DNA of 64,000 nucleotides. Origin: Spirochaetales bacterium. GTDB taxonomy: Bacteria; Spirochaetota; Spirochaetia; JABEVK01. The position numbers and the translations under genes were made by a program. The notes beneath the pieces were generated by a model. That model did not search any database and had not been told where the DNA came from. It worked only from the letters and a program-made list of their open reading frames with translations. Below, piece by piece: positions 1-9,327 of this stretch; positions within the stretch are counted from its first letter, which is position 1; each line of letters begins with the position of its first letter. The stretch is taken from positions 58,460-122,459 of the forward strand of contig JBAXAI010000009.1 in assembly GCA_037142615.1 (NCBI GenBank), given 5' to 3'.

Positions 1-1306
1 ACTTAATGAAACCGAGCTTGCGGGCGGCTTCCTTGTACTTGGTGTTCGACAGCGTGTTGAGCTCGTCGATCACGTCGGCCACTTTTACGTCACCGCGAAC
101 CGAGTTCCACAGCAGGTCGCCGATCTTTTGTCCGGCCTTGACCTGGCCATCCCAGCGGGCGGGAATGTAACCGGGGAGCCATTTGAAGGCTTCGACGACG
201 CCCTTGTCGAGAGTGGCGTAAAGGGCCTTCACACCGGGGACGGTCTGCACTTTGAAGTACGCGTCGAGCACCGTCTTGTCGGTCACCATGGGCAGGGTGC
301 TGGGCAGCGTATTGGCCTTGGCGGCGAGTTGCAGACGCTTCAGGAAGCCTTCTTTGCCCCAGCTCATCCATTTGGCGAACTCGTAGGCTTCGGCGGGGCG
401 CTTGGTCCCGTTGGCGATGCCAACGTAGTCGTTGACGATGATGGTGCGGCCACCAGGAACGCCGATGAAGTCCCAGTTGAACTTGGCGAGCTTGGTGATA
501 TCGGGAACGGCCCAGGTTCCGTCCCAGCGCAGGGCGATGTTGCCGTTGTTCCAGGCTTCGCCGTGCCAGCCACCGGGGAACTTGTCCTTGATGTCCTTGG
601 GCTGGGCTTCCCAAACGGCGGGAGCGGTCCACAAGCTCTTGGCGAGCGCGATGCCTTCGAGGAACTCCTTGCTGTTCAGGTTGAACTTGCTGCCATCCCA
701 GGTGAAGTAGCCCATCTTGGGGTTGGCCGCCGAGGCGTACCAGTCGACGATCTGGACTTCTTCGCTCAGGGGCAGCACGCCGCTGGCCGGTTGGTTGTAG
801 TCCTTCATGATCTTGGTGAAGTCAGCAAGCTTCCACGCGGTGGTGGGGGCCTTGGCGTTCGCGCCTTCGAACACGTCCTTGTTCACAAAGTAGCCCATCA
901 TGTGCAGGGCGAACGGAACGGCGAAGGTCTTGCCGTTGTAGACGGTGGCGCCGGAGACGACCTTGGGAAGGGTGCTGTACTCTTTGTCGGCCTTGGCGAG
1001 GGCGCTGATGTCCATCACCCAGTCGTTGGCCAAGGCCCCGGGGATAGTCTGGAGCATGAACACGTCGGGCAAGCCACCAGCAGCGGCGGCAGCGGCGAGG
1101 GCGGCGGGCCAGTCGCCCGTAATGCGGTCGTCAATCTTCACCACGATGTTCGGGTGAGTTTCCATGAACGCAGCGATCATCTGCCGTTCGATGTTGTTTT
1201 CTTCGGCCGTTCCCAAGTTCCAGTTGGCGTACTTGAGCGTGACCGTCTGAGCGGACAGACCAATGACCAGCATGGTCATGGCCAGAATTACCAGGAATTT
1301 CTTCAT
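1..1306 (-). CDS. Sugar ABC transporter extracellular solute-binding protein (3' end at window edge)
   Basis: Open frame from ATG at 1306 (RBS GGAGG): MKKFLVILAMTMLVIGLSAQTVTLKYANWNLGTAEENN... Signal peptide and family-1 SBP-like motifs. Runs to ...RKLGFIK at base 2, so the stop is presumably just off the edge. Absent from the ORF track. Confidence 0.85.
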   Translation of the reverse strand, partial: MKKFLVILAMTMLVIGLSAQTVTLKYANWNLGTAEENNIERQMIAAFMETHPNIVVKIDDRITGDWPAALAAAAAAGGLPDVFMLQTIPGALANDWVMDISALAKADKEYSTLPKVVSGATVYNGKTFAVPFALHMMGYFVNKDVFEGANAKAPTTAWKLADFTKIMKDYNQPASGVLPLSEEVQIVDWYASAANPKMGYFTWDGSKFNLNSKEFLEGIALAKSLWTAPAVWEAQPKDIKDKFPGGWHGEAWNNGNIALRWDGTWAVPDITKLAKFNWDFIGVPGGRTIIVNDYVGIANGTKRPAEAYEFAKWMSWGKEGFLKRLQLAAKANTLPSTLPMVTDKTVLDAYFKVQTVPGVKALYATLDKGVVEAFKWLPGYIPARWDGQVKAGQKIGDLLWNSVRGDVKVADVIDELNTLSNTKYKEAARKLGFIK

Positions 1307-1356
1307 GGTTTCCTCCAAAAAATCGATTCCGGCAGTCCTACGGACCACCACGGGGT

Positions 1357-3840
1357 TTAGACCCCGATTTCCACCACGATTGAGCTGGATGTACCCGGGG
1401 CCGGAGCCTCGGCTAGTCCATCGGGACGGAGTACCCCGTCCTGCACCAACGAGCGCACCCGGTTACCAGGACCCACCCGCTTCACCTCGATCTCGACCCG
1501 GCCGCCGCGGAAGGGGCGCCCGTAGCGGAACCCCGGCCATTCTGCGGGTACCAGCGGCGCCACCCGCAACTTCCCGCCCTCGGGTCGAACGCCCAGCAAC
1601 CAGTGGACGGCCATGCGGTGCATCCACTGGGCGCTGCCGGTGTACCAACTCCAGCCGGCCCGGCCGTGCAGGGGCGAATCGGGGCCGTCGATGTTGCCGG
1701 GCATCACGTAAGGTTCGGCCTGCCAGCGCTCGGGGTTGGCCCCCCGTTTGGGAGGGCAGATTCGGGCCCAGGCCTCCCAGGCCAACTCAGCGTTGCCCAA
1801 CAGCGCCCAAGCCCACACGGCCCAGGTCGCGGCGTGGCTGTAGGTGCCGCCGTTCTCGCGAAGACCGGGGGCGTAGCGCGTGATGTAGCCGATGTCGGTG
1901 CGGGGGCTGTGATAGGCCGGTCGCAACAGCACGGCTCCGTCTGCCTCGAGCAGCTCTTTTTCGACGCTCGCCATAGCCGTTGCCTGCCGCTCGGCGGGCG
2001 CCAGCCCGGAAATGACCGCCCAGGTCTGCGGGTTGAGAAAGATCCGACCCTCGCTCGCCGACGCCGTGCCGAGAATCTCAGCGTTGTCGTTGGTGGCGGC
2101 GTGGTACCAGGCTCCGTCCCACGCGTGGGCTTCGAGGGCCTTGGCCATGCCCGCGCGCAGGCCACGGCAGGTCTTGGCGAAGGCAGGGTCGCCGCGCTTC
2201 TCGACCAGCGGGGCCCAACGCTCGAGGATGAAGCCGAGAAACTGGGCCACCCACATGCTCTCGCCCTTCATCTGGTTGCCCACCGCCGACAGGCCGTCGT
2301 TCCAGTCGTGGTCACCCATCAGTGGGATTCCCCGGGGAGAGAAGCGGCTGAAGGCCTTCTTGAGCGCGCGCTCGCAGTGTTCGCGGATCGTTGCTTCGCC
2401 GCCGTCCTGCCAAGGGGCCATGCGGTCGAGAATCGCTTCATCGCCGGTTTCTTCGAGGTACAGTTCGACAGCAAAGGGAAGCCACAGCAAGTCGTCCGAA
2501 CAGGTGCCGCGGGGGCCCCCTCCCCGGATGGTGAACCACCAGTGCAGTACGTCCCCTTCCTGAAACTGATGCCCGGCGTGCAGCACAATCTGGTCTGCTG
2601 TGCGCTCGGGGTGGCTCTCGAGCCAGACCAGACTGTCTTGCAGTTGGTCGCGGAAGCCCCAGCCGGCGCTCACTTGGTAGGGGCCGCTCTTGGCCCACAG
2701 CCGGCAGGCGATGGCCTGATAGCGGCTCCACCGCTGGGTAAACAGCGTGAAGGCGTCGTCGGGCGTCGACAGAGTCTCGACGTCGAGCAAGTTGTCCCAG
2801 AAGGCGTGAACCGCCTCACGGGCCTTGCGGGCGCCTTCGGGGTGGCAATGCTCGGCGACCAGGGCGGTCCAATCCTCGGCGGCAACGGGAGTCTTCACGC
2901 TGGTGGCGTAGCCGCCGGGACCGTGCTGGGCTCCTCCTTGGGCGAGCGACAACGGCGGAGGGGCGTCGGCGTGGCGGGCAGCGCCCGTAGCGAACACGAC
3001 GATGACCGTCTGACCCGGCTCCAACTCTACGATAGTGCGAAGGGCGGCGATGGCATCGCCGATACGGCCGGTATTGCGCGCCAACTCGTCGGCCTCGAGG
3101 GCAGCGGGTGCGGCGGCGTTGCCCCAGCCCCCTAGGAACGACAGCTTGTCGGCGTCGTACGACTGCACCTCGGCACTGCACGCGTGGAAGGCGGTGTACG
3201 GCCAACTGACGTTGTTCCACCGACCGAGTTCGTCGGGGAAGCCCCATAGGTGTTTGTTTGCGGTAAGGGCCCCTTGTTTGGCGTGCCACGCGGTGTCGAT
3301 GAACAGCTTGTGAAACTCGCGATGCTCAGCCGGGGCCTGGCCCAGTTCCCACTCAAGGGCGCTGGTCAACTCGATACGCCGTGGCTTCAGGCCGGTGTTG
3401 GTCAGGTGAAGCTCGGCCAGTTCCATCGGTGCGCCGGGCACGGCATAGCGCCACAGGTCGCTGCGGATGTCGCCCTGTCGTTGCAAGAAGCGTGCAAAAC
3501 CGGCGCCGTAGCGCACTTCAAACTCGTCGGGTGTCTTTCGGGTGGGCTGCCAGGTGAGGCTCCAGACGTCGTGGTAGGTCGCACCCGGGGTCAGATCGCG
3601 GGCGTAGAACCAGGTTCCCATGGCGTCCTGGACGAGGTCCTGAAACGAACGGGTCACGCGGTTCTGCCCCGCGTTGTCGCGCCACGAGTAGCCGGCGCCC
3701 ACCTGGCTCACCAGGAAGTTCCACTCGCCGTTCGAGACGATCTGCGACCACGGCCGTGGCGTCTTGGCCTTGCGGATGACGTATTCCTTGCCGTCGGCGC
3801 TGAAGCCGCCGTAGCCGTTGTCGAGTTTCAGCTTTTTCAT
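1357..3840 (-). CDS. GH94 family glycoside phosphorylase (cellobiose/cellodextrin phosphorylase-like)
   Basis: Start MKKLKLDNGYGGFSADGKEY; motifs PRPWSQIVSN, GWGFRDQLQD, DWNDGL, RENGGTYSHAATW, WYTGSAQW. Confidence 0.9.
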   Translation of the reverse strand: MKKLKLDNGYGGFSADGKEYVIRKAKTPRPWSQIVSNGEWNFLVSQVGAGYSWRDNAGQNRVTRSFQDLVQDAMGTWFYARDLTPGATYHDVWSLTWQPTRKTPDEFEVRYGAGFARFLQRQGDIRSDLWRYAVPGAPMELAELHLTNTGLKPRRIELTSALEWELGQAPAEHREFHKLFIDTAWHAKQGALTANKHLWGFPDELGRWNNVSWPYTAFHACSAEVQSYDADKLSFLGGWGNAAAPAALEADELARNTGRIGDAIAALRTIVELEPGQTVIVVFATGAARHADAPPPLSLAQGGAQHGPGGYATSVKTPVAAEDWTALVAEHCHPEGARKAREAVHAFWDNLLDVETLSTPDDAFTLFTQRWSRYQAIACRLWAKSGPYQVSAGWGFRDQLQDSLVWLESHPERTADQIVLHAGHQFQEGDVLHWWFTIRGGGPRGTCSDDLLWLPFAVELYLEETGDEAILDRMAPWQDGGEATIREHCERALKKAFSRFSPRGIPLMGDHDWNDGLSAVGNQMKGESMWVAQFLGFILERWAPLVEKRGDPAFAKTCRGLRAGMAKALEAHAWDGAWYHAATNDNAEILGTASASEGRIFLNPQTWAVISGLAPAERQATAMASVEKELLEADGAVLLRPAYHSPRTDIGYITRYAPGLRENGGTYSHAATWAVWAWALLGNAELAWEAWARICPPKRGANPERWQAEPYVMPGNIDGPDSPLHGRAGWSWYTGSAQWMHRMAVHWLLGVRPEGGKLRVAPLVPAEWPGFRYGRPFRGGRVEIEVKRVGPGNRVRSLVQDGVLRPDGLAEAPAPGTSSSIVVEIGV

Positions 3841-4811
3841 GGTGTTCCCCCTTGCAAAACGGCGCCGTGCGAAGCGCGGAGAACGGGTTTGAGCGCTACC
3901 AGTCGGGTCTGACTCCAGCCGGGGTGAGCCAACATCTTGAGCAGGATGTCGGCCGCCTGACGGCCCCACTCGGCGCGAGGCACCTGAACCGTCGTCAGCG
4001 CCGGGTGAAGAAACTCGGCCACCTGGATGTCGTCAAACCCGGTAACACCGATGTCCTGACCCAGCTCGACCTTCTCGGCCGTGAACACGCGGTAGATGCC
4101 CAAAGCCGTCTCGTCGTTGGCGCACACAACAAGCTTTGGCCGAAGCTTCAGGCCCAGAATCTGGCGGGCAACCCGGTGGCCACCGTCTTCGGTGAAGTCT
4201 CCCCCAAGAACCCGGAGGTCCTTTCCGAACCGGAGGTGCATGGCGGCCAACCGCTCTTCGGCGTCGTGGGAGTGTTCGGGTCCCCCGACGTAAACGAGGT
4301 CTTCCCTCGGCGGTGAGCCCAGACCATCGAGCAACTGGTTGAGCCCACCCGCGTTGTCGAGCACGCAACTGGAAAGTCCTGCGGCCTTCAGGTTGCGGTC
4401 CATTGTTACCAAGGGAAGTCCCGCGGCGGCGGCCTCAAGGATCTTCTGGTCGGGGATGGCGGCGTCGAGAATGACGCCGGCGTCGAGGCGGCGTCCGCGC
4501 AGGTAATCGGTCCGTGGCGATCGGAAGCAGACAATCAGGTCGTACCCGGCAACATCCAGTTGGTGCCGCACGCCCGCGAGCACATCGTGGTAGAACGGCC
4601 CGGCGAGGTCGTTCACGAAGAAGCCCACCGTGCGCGTTTCGCGGATCTTGAGGCTACGGGCGATTTCGTGCGGTCGGTAGTCGAGTTCGCGGGCAATGGA
4701 AAGGATCCGGTTGCGGGTCGTAGGAGCCACCCGGCTGTCGCCGTTGAGAGCAAGAGAGGTCGTCGAAACAGAAACCCCTGCGCGAAGGGCAATTTCCTTC
4801 AGTCCGGCCAT
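3837..4811 (-). CDS. LacI family transcriptional regulator
   Basis: N-terminal LKEIALRAGVSVSTTSLALN HTH; C-terminal VTGFDD...PALTTV. Confidence 0.93.
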   Translation of the reverse strand: MAGLKEIALRAGVSVSTTSLALNGDSRVAPTTRNRILSIARELDYRPHEIARSLKIRETRTVGFFVNDLAGPFYHDVLAGVRHQLDVAGYDLIVCFRSPRTDYLRGRRLDAGVILDAAIPDQKILEAAAAGLPLVTMDRNLKAAGLSSCVLDNAGGLNQLLDGLGSPPREDLVYVGGPEHSHDAEERLAAMHLRFGKDLRVLGGDFTEDGGHRVARQILGLKLRPKLVVCANDETALGIYRVFTAEKVELGQDIGVTGFDDIQVAEFLHPALTTVQVPRAEWGRQAADILLKMLAHPGWSQTRLVALKPVLRASHGAVLQGGTP

Positions 4812-4832
4812 GTTGAGTGAACCCCTATAACC

Positions 4833-4848
4833 ATCGATACGTTTCGAT
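4833..4848. promoter_or_regulatory. Putative LacI-family operator ATCGATACGTTTCGAT (weaker second site ATCGAAACGATTGAAA at 4865-4880)
   Basis: Near-palindrome with central CG, directly upstream of the LacI-GH94-SBP operon. Confidence 0.65.
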
Positions 4849-4918
4849 TGTGCCTAAAGACCCTATCGAAACGATTGAAATACGATACACCCAGTCTTTC
4901 GAGCGCGCAAGGACTTTC

Positions 4919-6835
4919 TTAGACGGTGAAGCCCTTCACCCGTTCCTGCAGGCGGAACGCGGCTTCGGCGTTGGCTTGGGCCCCCATGGCGACGGCTGCC
5001 ATGGCCTTGGTCAACTGCTGGGTCTTGAGGGATTGCGACGTGACAGCCTGCTCGATGCGACGGGTGGCTTGAATGATTTCGGCCATCGCCCGCGAGGCGT
5101 CGACCGAATGGCCCTTCTGCTCCTGGGTGAGGTCGCGGATCACGTTCATCGCCTCAACCAACCCTTGTGTCGAGCCGAGAACCTGATCGGTGCCGGTCTG
5201 CTGTTCGGTCATGGTCAAGGCGATCGTACGCAGCAAAGTCGAGGTCTCTTCGGTCCGGCGGGCGATTTCAGTAAAAGCGTCGCCGGCCTGGCCCGCCAGT
5301 TGGCCCCCGGTTTGGATCTTGCGGTCCATGTCCTGGATATGCGTGCGGATCTCGCGAGCGTTGCGCGCGCTGGTCTCGGCCAGATTGCGAACCTCGTCTG
5401 CGACCACGGCAAAGCCGCTCCCCGAGTCCCCTGCGTGGGCGGCTTCGATGGCGGCATTCATTGCCAGAAGATTGGTCTGCGCGGCAATTTTGGCAATCAA
5501 GCCCACAATCTCGTTGACGCTGCGCGAAGCGTCTTGAATCTCGCCCATCGAGCGCGACATGTTGCCCATGGCGGTCGCACCGGCCTGGGTGATCTCGGCC
5601 AAACCTTGACCCACGATATCGGCCTTTCGGGTCATCTCGCCTACCGAAGTGATGTTTCCGGCCATTTGGGCGATCGCCGTCGAGCTCTCGCCCACCAAGC
5701 GCACCTGTTCCTCAACCCGCGTCTCGACGATGAGAGTCGATTCCCCGACCTTCGCCAGCAACTGCTCCGCTTGCCGGATGGCGCTCACCTGCTCTTCGAC
5801 GGACTGCTGGACGTTGCCCTGCGAGCCCGCGAGGCTGATGGTGGTCAGCGAGGCGTCGGCCGACTCGGCCTGGACCTGAGTCGACGACCCAGAGACTTCG
5901 GTGGCGCTGGCCTTCACCTCGGCCACCAAAGGCTGAAGGTTAGAAAGAAACTGATTGATGTGGCCCGTCAGGCGGCCGATTTCGTCATAAAAAACGACGG
6001 GAACCCGAACCGTGAGGTCCGAAGACCCGGTGGCGAGTTCGGTGATCTTCGTATCGAGCCGCCTGAGTTGACGGCGGAGGTTATCGACCACGACAAAAAT
6101 GAGAAAAACGGTCCAGATGACGAGGAAAGCCGCAAGACCGCCCATCTGCAACACGACGCCCAATTCGCTGGAAGCCAGCGCCTGATCGCCCGAAACGGTG
6201 GCCCCTGCCAGAGCATCGGCGGCCAACTGAGAGTAGTAGTGACTCACTTCGCGGTAGAAACCGAGGGTTGCCACCGACATGAGAATACTTCCCAAGAACA
6301 CCGACCCGAGGACAGTCCACAGCAGCCGGCTGGGCAAACTGAGGTCGCGGATCTGGGGCGGCAGTTCCCTCACTCCCAGCTTCTCACGAAGGCGGACCAA
6401 GACGCTGTCCGACATGGCCAACCCTTGAAGAATCCCCATCCCACCGGTAGCTACACCCAACAGCACGCTGACCCACAGATCCAGCGCGGCCATTTTTCCA
6501 CCAGCCAGAAGGTCGAGCAACAGGGTTTGACCGGTGGTCCCCAACACAAAAACCAACACGTTCGACACCACAAAAAAACGCGGAAGACCCGCGAGGACCT
6601 TCCAGACCTCGGTCCTTTCCAACTGGGGTTTGCGCAGAGCCCTCACACGCCACCGCATCACCACGGCCCCGCCGATCGCCATCACAAGAGCCCAGGGGAT
6701 GGTGACAAACAGGGTGCTGAGCAAGGTGGTGAACGCCCTGTGGAAGAACAAGGCCTCAAAAAGCAGGATGAAGCCTTGACCCAAAAGAGTCAGGCCGAGG
6801 AAGACGAGGGCAAGAAGGTTGGCAGGGTTTCCCAT
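4919..6835 (-). CDS. Methyl-accepting chemotaxis protein
   Basis: Multi-TM N-terminus, HAMP (DEIGRL), signalling hairpin [17 protein letters not shown]; start at MGNPANLL is inferred. Confidence 0.9.
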   Translation of the reverse strand: MGNPANLLALVFLGLTLLGQGFILLFEALFFHRAFTTLLSTLFVTIPWALVMAIGGAVVMRWRVRALRKPQLERTEVWKVLAGLPRFFVVSNVLVFVLGTTGQTLLLDLLAGGKMAALDLWVSVLLGVATGGMGILQGLAMSDSVLVRLREKLGVRELPPQIRDLSLPSRLLWTVLGSVFLGSILMSVATLGFYREVSHYYSQLAADALAGATVSGDQALASSELGVVLQMGGLAAFLVIWTVFLIFVVVDNLRRQLRRLDTKITELATGSSDLTVRVPVVFYDEIGRLTGHINQFLSNLQPLVAEVKASATEVSGSSTQVQAESADASLTTISLAGSQGNVQQSVEEQVSAIRQAEQLLAKVGESTLIVETRVEEQVRLVGESSTAIAQMAGNITSVGEMTRKADIVGQGLAEITQAGATAMGNMSRSMGEIQDASRSVNEIVGLIAKIAAQTNLLAMNAAIEAAHAGDSGSGFAVVADEVRNLAETSARNAREIRTHIQDMDRKIQTGGQLAGQAGDAFTEIARRTEETSTLLRTIALTMTEQQTGTDQVLGSTQGLVEAMNVIRDLTQEQKGHSVDASRAMAEIIQATRRIEQAVTSQSLKTQQLTKAMAAVAMGAQANAEAAFRLQERVKGFTV

Positions 6836-6879
6836 GATGGTCCATTGTCGTGCACCGCGTTCGGGTTTACAATACGGGC

Positions 6880-7299
6880 ATGTCACTGACGGTTTCCCGC
6901 ACCAATAATCAAGAAGCGGTGATGGCAATGGTGCGCCAGTTGCAGTCGCGCGATGCAACGGTCCGCAACCACGAAGCCGCCCATATCGGGGCCGGCGGCG
7001 GGGTGATCACCGGTGGTGCCCACTACAGCTACCAAAAGGGCCCCGACGGCCGCAACTACGCCATCGGTGGTGAGGTCGGCATCGATTCGAGCCCGGTTTC
7101 GGGGAATCCGCAGGCCACTCTCAGCAAAATGGCTTTGGTGAAGGCGGCCGCTTTGGCGCCTTCGGAACCCAGCGCGGCCGATCAGTCGGTCGCCGCCTCC
7201 GCCACCCAGATCGAGGCACAGGCGCGGGTCGAGGCCTACCGCAAGGGCCAGCAAACCAGTGATTCAGCACGGGGAACCAACGTGGATCTGACGGTATGA
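6880..7299 (+). CDS. SprA-related family protein
   Basis: [12 protein letters not shown]...[19 protein letters not shown]...[16 protein letters not shown] motif string. Confidence 0.8.
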   Translation: MSLTVSRTNNQEAVMAMVRQLQSRDATVRNHEAAHIGAGGGVITGGAHYSYQKGPDGRNYAIGGEVGIDSSPVSGNPQATLSKMALVKAAALAPSEPSAADQSVAASATQIEAQARVEAYRKGQQTSDSARGTNVDLTV

Positions 7300-8117
7300 A
7301 ACCCCTTCCCTGCGTCCGCACGCTCGCTGGGTGGGCCGTTGTCATGGTGCTGACGCTCGCGACCCAGCCTCTCGCGGCGCAGTCCGAGTCCGTGCCGGTC
7401 GTGAAGGCGCTTTTGGTCGACGGTGGCCCCTTTCTCCAGGGCAACCGCACCATCGAACCGATGGTCGCTGGCAAAAAAGTCACCGTCTCGTCGTTCTGGA
7501 TGGCCGAGACCGAGACGACGCAGCGCCAGTACAAAGAGGTCACCGGGAGCGATCCGAGCTGGTTCCACAACGCCGAGAACCCTGTCGAGAAAGTCTCGTG
7601 GTACGAAGCCATCGCGTTTTGCAACCTGCTGTCGGTCCGCGACGGCCTCGAGCCTGCCTACAGTGTCGAAGGGACCAAGGTCACGTGGAACCACGAGGCC
7701 CAAGGTTGGCGGCTTCCCACCGAGGCCGAGTTCGAGTTTGCGGCGCGCGGGGGTCTGCAAGGTCACGACTACGCGTTCCCGGGGAGCGGCGCCGCCGACG
7801 AAGTGGGCTGGAGCTTCAGCAATTCCGGCAAGCAAACCCGCCCGGTCAAATCCCTAAAGCCCAACGAGTTGAATCTGTACGGGCTGGCCGGAAACGTGTG
7901 GGAGTGGTGTTGGGATTGGTACACCTTCGATCGGTCGTCGTTGCCGGAAGTGAACCCGCAGGGGCCGTTGGTCGGCTCCGACAAGGTGAACCGGGGCGGC
8001 GGTTGGAACGACGACTTCGTCGATTCCTTCCGCCCGTACTTCCGCGCCGATGACGGTCCCGACTCGCGCGACAGCGACCTCGGGTTTCGCGTTGTCCGCA
8101 ACTCGCTCGGCTTGTAA
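7296..8117 (+). CDS. Formylglycine-generating enzyme (SUMF1/FGE-sulfatase) domain secreted protein
   Basis: Signal peptide; RLPTEAEFEFAARGG, GNVWEWCWDWY, RGGGW, LGFRVVR. Confidence 0.88.
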   Translation: MKPLPCVRTLAGWAVVMVLTLATQPLAAQSESVPVVKALLVDGGPFLQGNRTIEPMVAGKKVTVSSFWMAETETTQRQYKEVTGSDPSWFHNAENPVEKVSWYEAIAFCNLLSVRDGLEPAYSVEGTKVTWNHEAQGWRLPTEAEFEFAARGGLQGHDYAFPGSGAADEVGWSFSNSGKQTRPVKSLKPNELNLYGLAGNVWEWCWDWYTFDRSSLPEVNPQGPLVGSDKVNRGGGWNDDFVDSFRPYFRADDGPDSRDSDLGFRVVRNSLGL

Positions 8118-8130
8118 CTCCACCCCTGGG

Positions 8131-9270
8131 CTAAAAAGTCGTGAGCGGCAACAGGATGAACTGGAGCGTCACGCCCGCCTCGTTTACCCTGGCCAAGGTC
8201 GCCGTCTCGCCAAGCTTGCCGCGGGCGACATCGTGCTGGGCCGCGTCGGCGAAGACGACCACCTGCCTGGGGTTGGCCGCTTTGCTACCCGCAGGCGCCA
8301 CCACGTCGAGCGCGGCCGAAAGGGCCTCGATCGCCGCTTCGGGCACATCGCCTCCGGCATCGGCCGACGCCCCGAGCAGTTCACTCTTCCAAACCGAGCG
8401 GTCCGAGGTCAGCTTGACGGTCTTGGTCAAGTACAGTTCCTGGTAGTCGCGGTAGAACACGAAGCCGAGCCGCAGCCCGGCCAGGCCTTCGGTGAGGGCT
8501 TCGATCTGCGGCGCCAAGGTTTCCCGGACAGCGGCAAGGTCCTGCTTCATGCTCTTGGTGGTGTCGATGGCCCACACCAGGTCGACGTTGTCGCGCAAGG
8601 TGGCCGTCAACCGCTTCACGCCGTCGGCGGGATCGAGGGCCTTTTCGGTCGGGCCCAGGCGCCGGAACAGGTCCTCGGCGCCTTTGACGTACTTGCCATG
8701 GTCGGGAGGCAGTTCGGCCACGACTGTCAGCGTGGAAAGCTCAAAGGCGTTGTCTTTGTACGCGCCGGTGTAGTCCTCGTAGGGTTTGGCGAACGTACGG
8801 ATCGAGAACCACACCTTGCCACCGGCCTTGGCCAACTCCTGCGACACGTTGAGCTTGCCATAGCGGGCCCCGGGCGCCGTGGTGCTGCCGTACTCGATCA
8901 GCGTCGGGATCACGACTTCGAACGAGGCGCCAAAGCGGGGGTCTGCCACCACCGTCGATGACACGAGAAACGAGTTGGGCGCCTTGAGCGGCACGCCGTT
9001 CAGCAGACGTTTCTCGTTCGCCCCGGAAGGGTAGTCACCCACGGACTTCCAGGAATACGTGGCCAGCTTGTGGTCGGGCAGTTCGTAGGATTCGACCAAC
9101 ATCACCGACGAAAGACCGGTCGTCTGCCGGATGATCAGGTGGAACCCGTCGTCACGGCTCTCGATGCGCACGTCGCCGGCCTTGAGCGTCAGCCCTTCGG
9201 GCACCTGAGCCCACACCGCCGAAGCCGTGAACAGCGCGAGGAACACACTGCGGAACCAAGAAGCTTTCAT
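8131..9270 (-). CDS. Secreted vWA-domain protein
   Basis: Signal peptide; MIDAS-like DTTKSM, FYRDY, GGDVPEA, DAAQH. Confidence 0.75.
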   Translation of the reverse strand: MKASWFRSVFLALFTASAVWAQVPEGLTLKAGDVRIESRDDGFHLIIRQTTGLSSVMLVESYELPDHKLATYSWKSVGDYPSGANEKRLLNGVPLKAPNSFLVSSTVVADPRFGASFEVVIPTLIEYGSTTAPGARYGKLNVSQELAKAGGKVWFSIRTFAKPYEDYTGAYKDNAFELSTLTVVAELPPDHGKYVKGAEDLFRRLGPTEKALDPADGVKRLTATLRDNVDLVWAIDTTKSMKQDLAAVRETLAPQIEALTEGLAGLRLGFVFYRDYQELYLTKTVKLTSDRSVWKSELLGASADAGGDVPEAAIEALSAALDVVAPAGSKAANPRQVVVFADAAQHDVARGKLGETATLARVNEAGVTLQFILLPLTTF

Positions 9271-9327
9271 ACCTGCCAGATTACGGCAGAAACCGTCCCT
9301 CGGGCAAGGTTTGCCCGGAGGGGTCTG

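Noticed and set aside
128-6889. Long plus-strand ORFs (128-1360, 1603-3135, 4817-6889) and similar antisense ORFs elsewhere (e.g. 60202-61860)
   Set aside because: Shadow frames of clear minus-strand genes in high-GC DNA; no recognisable motifs.
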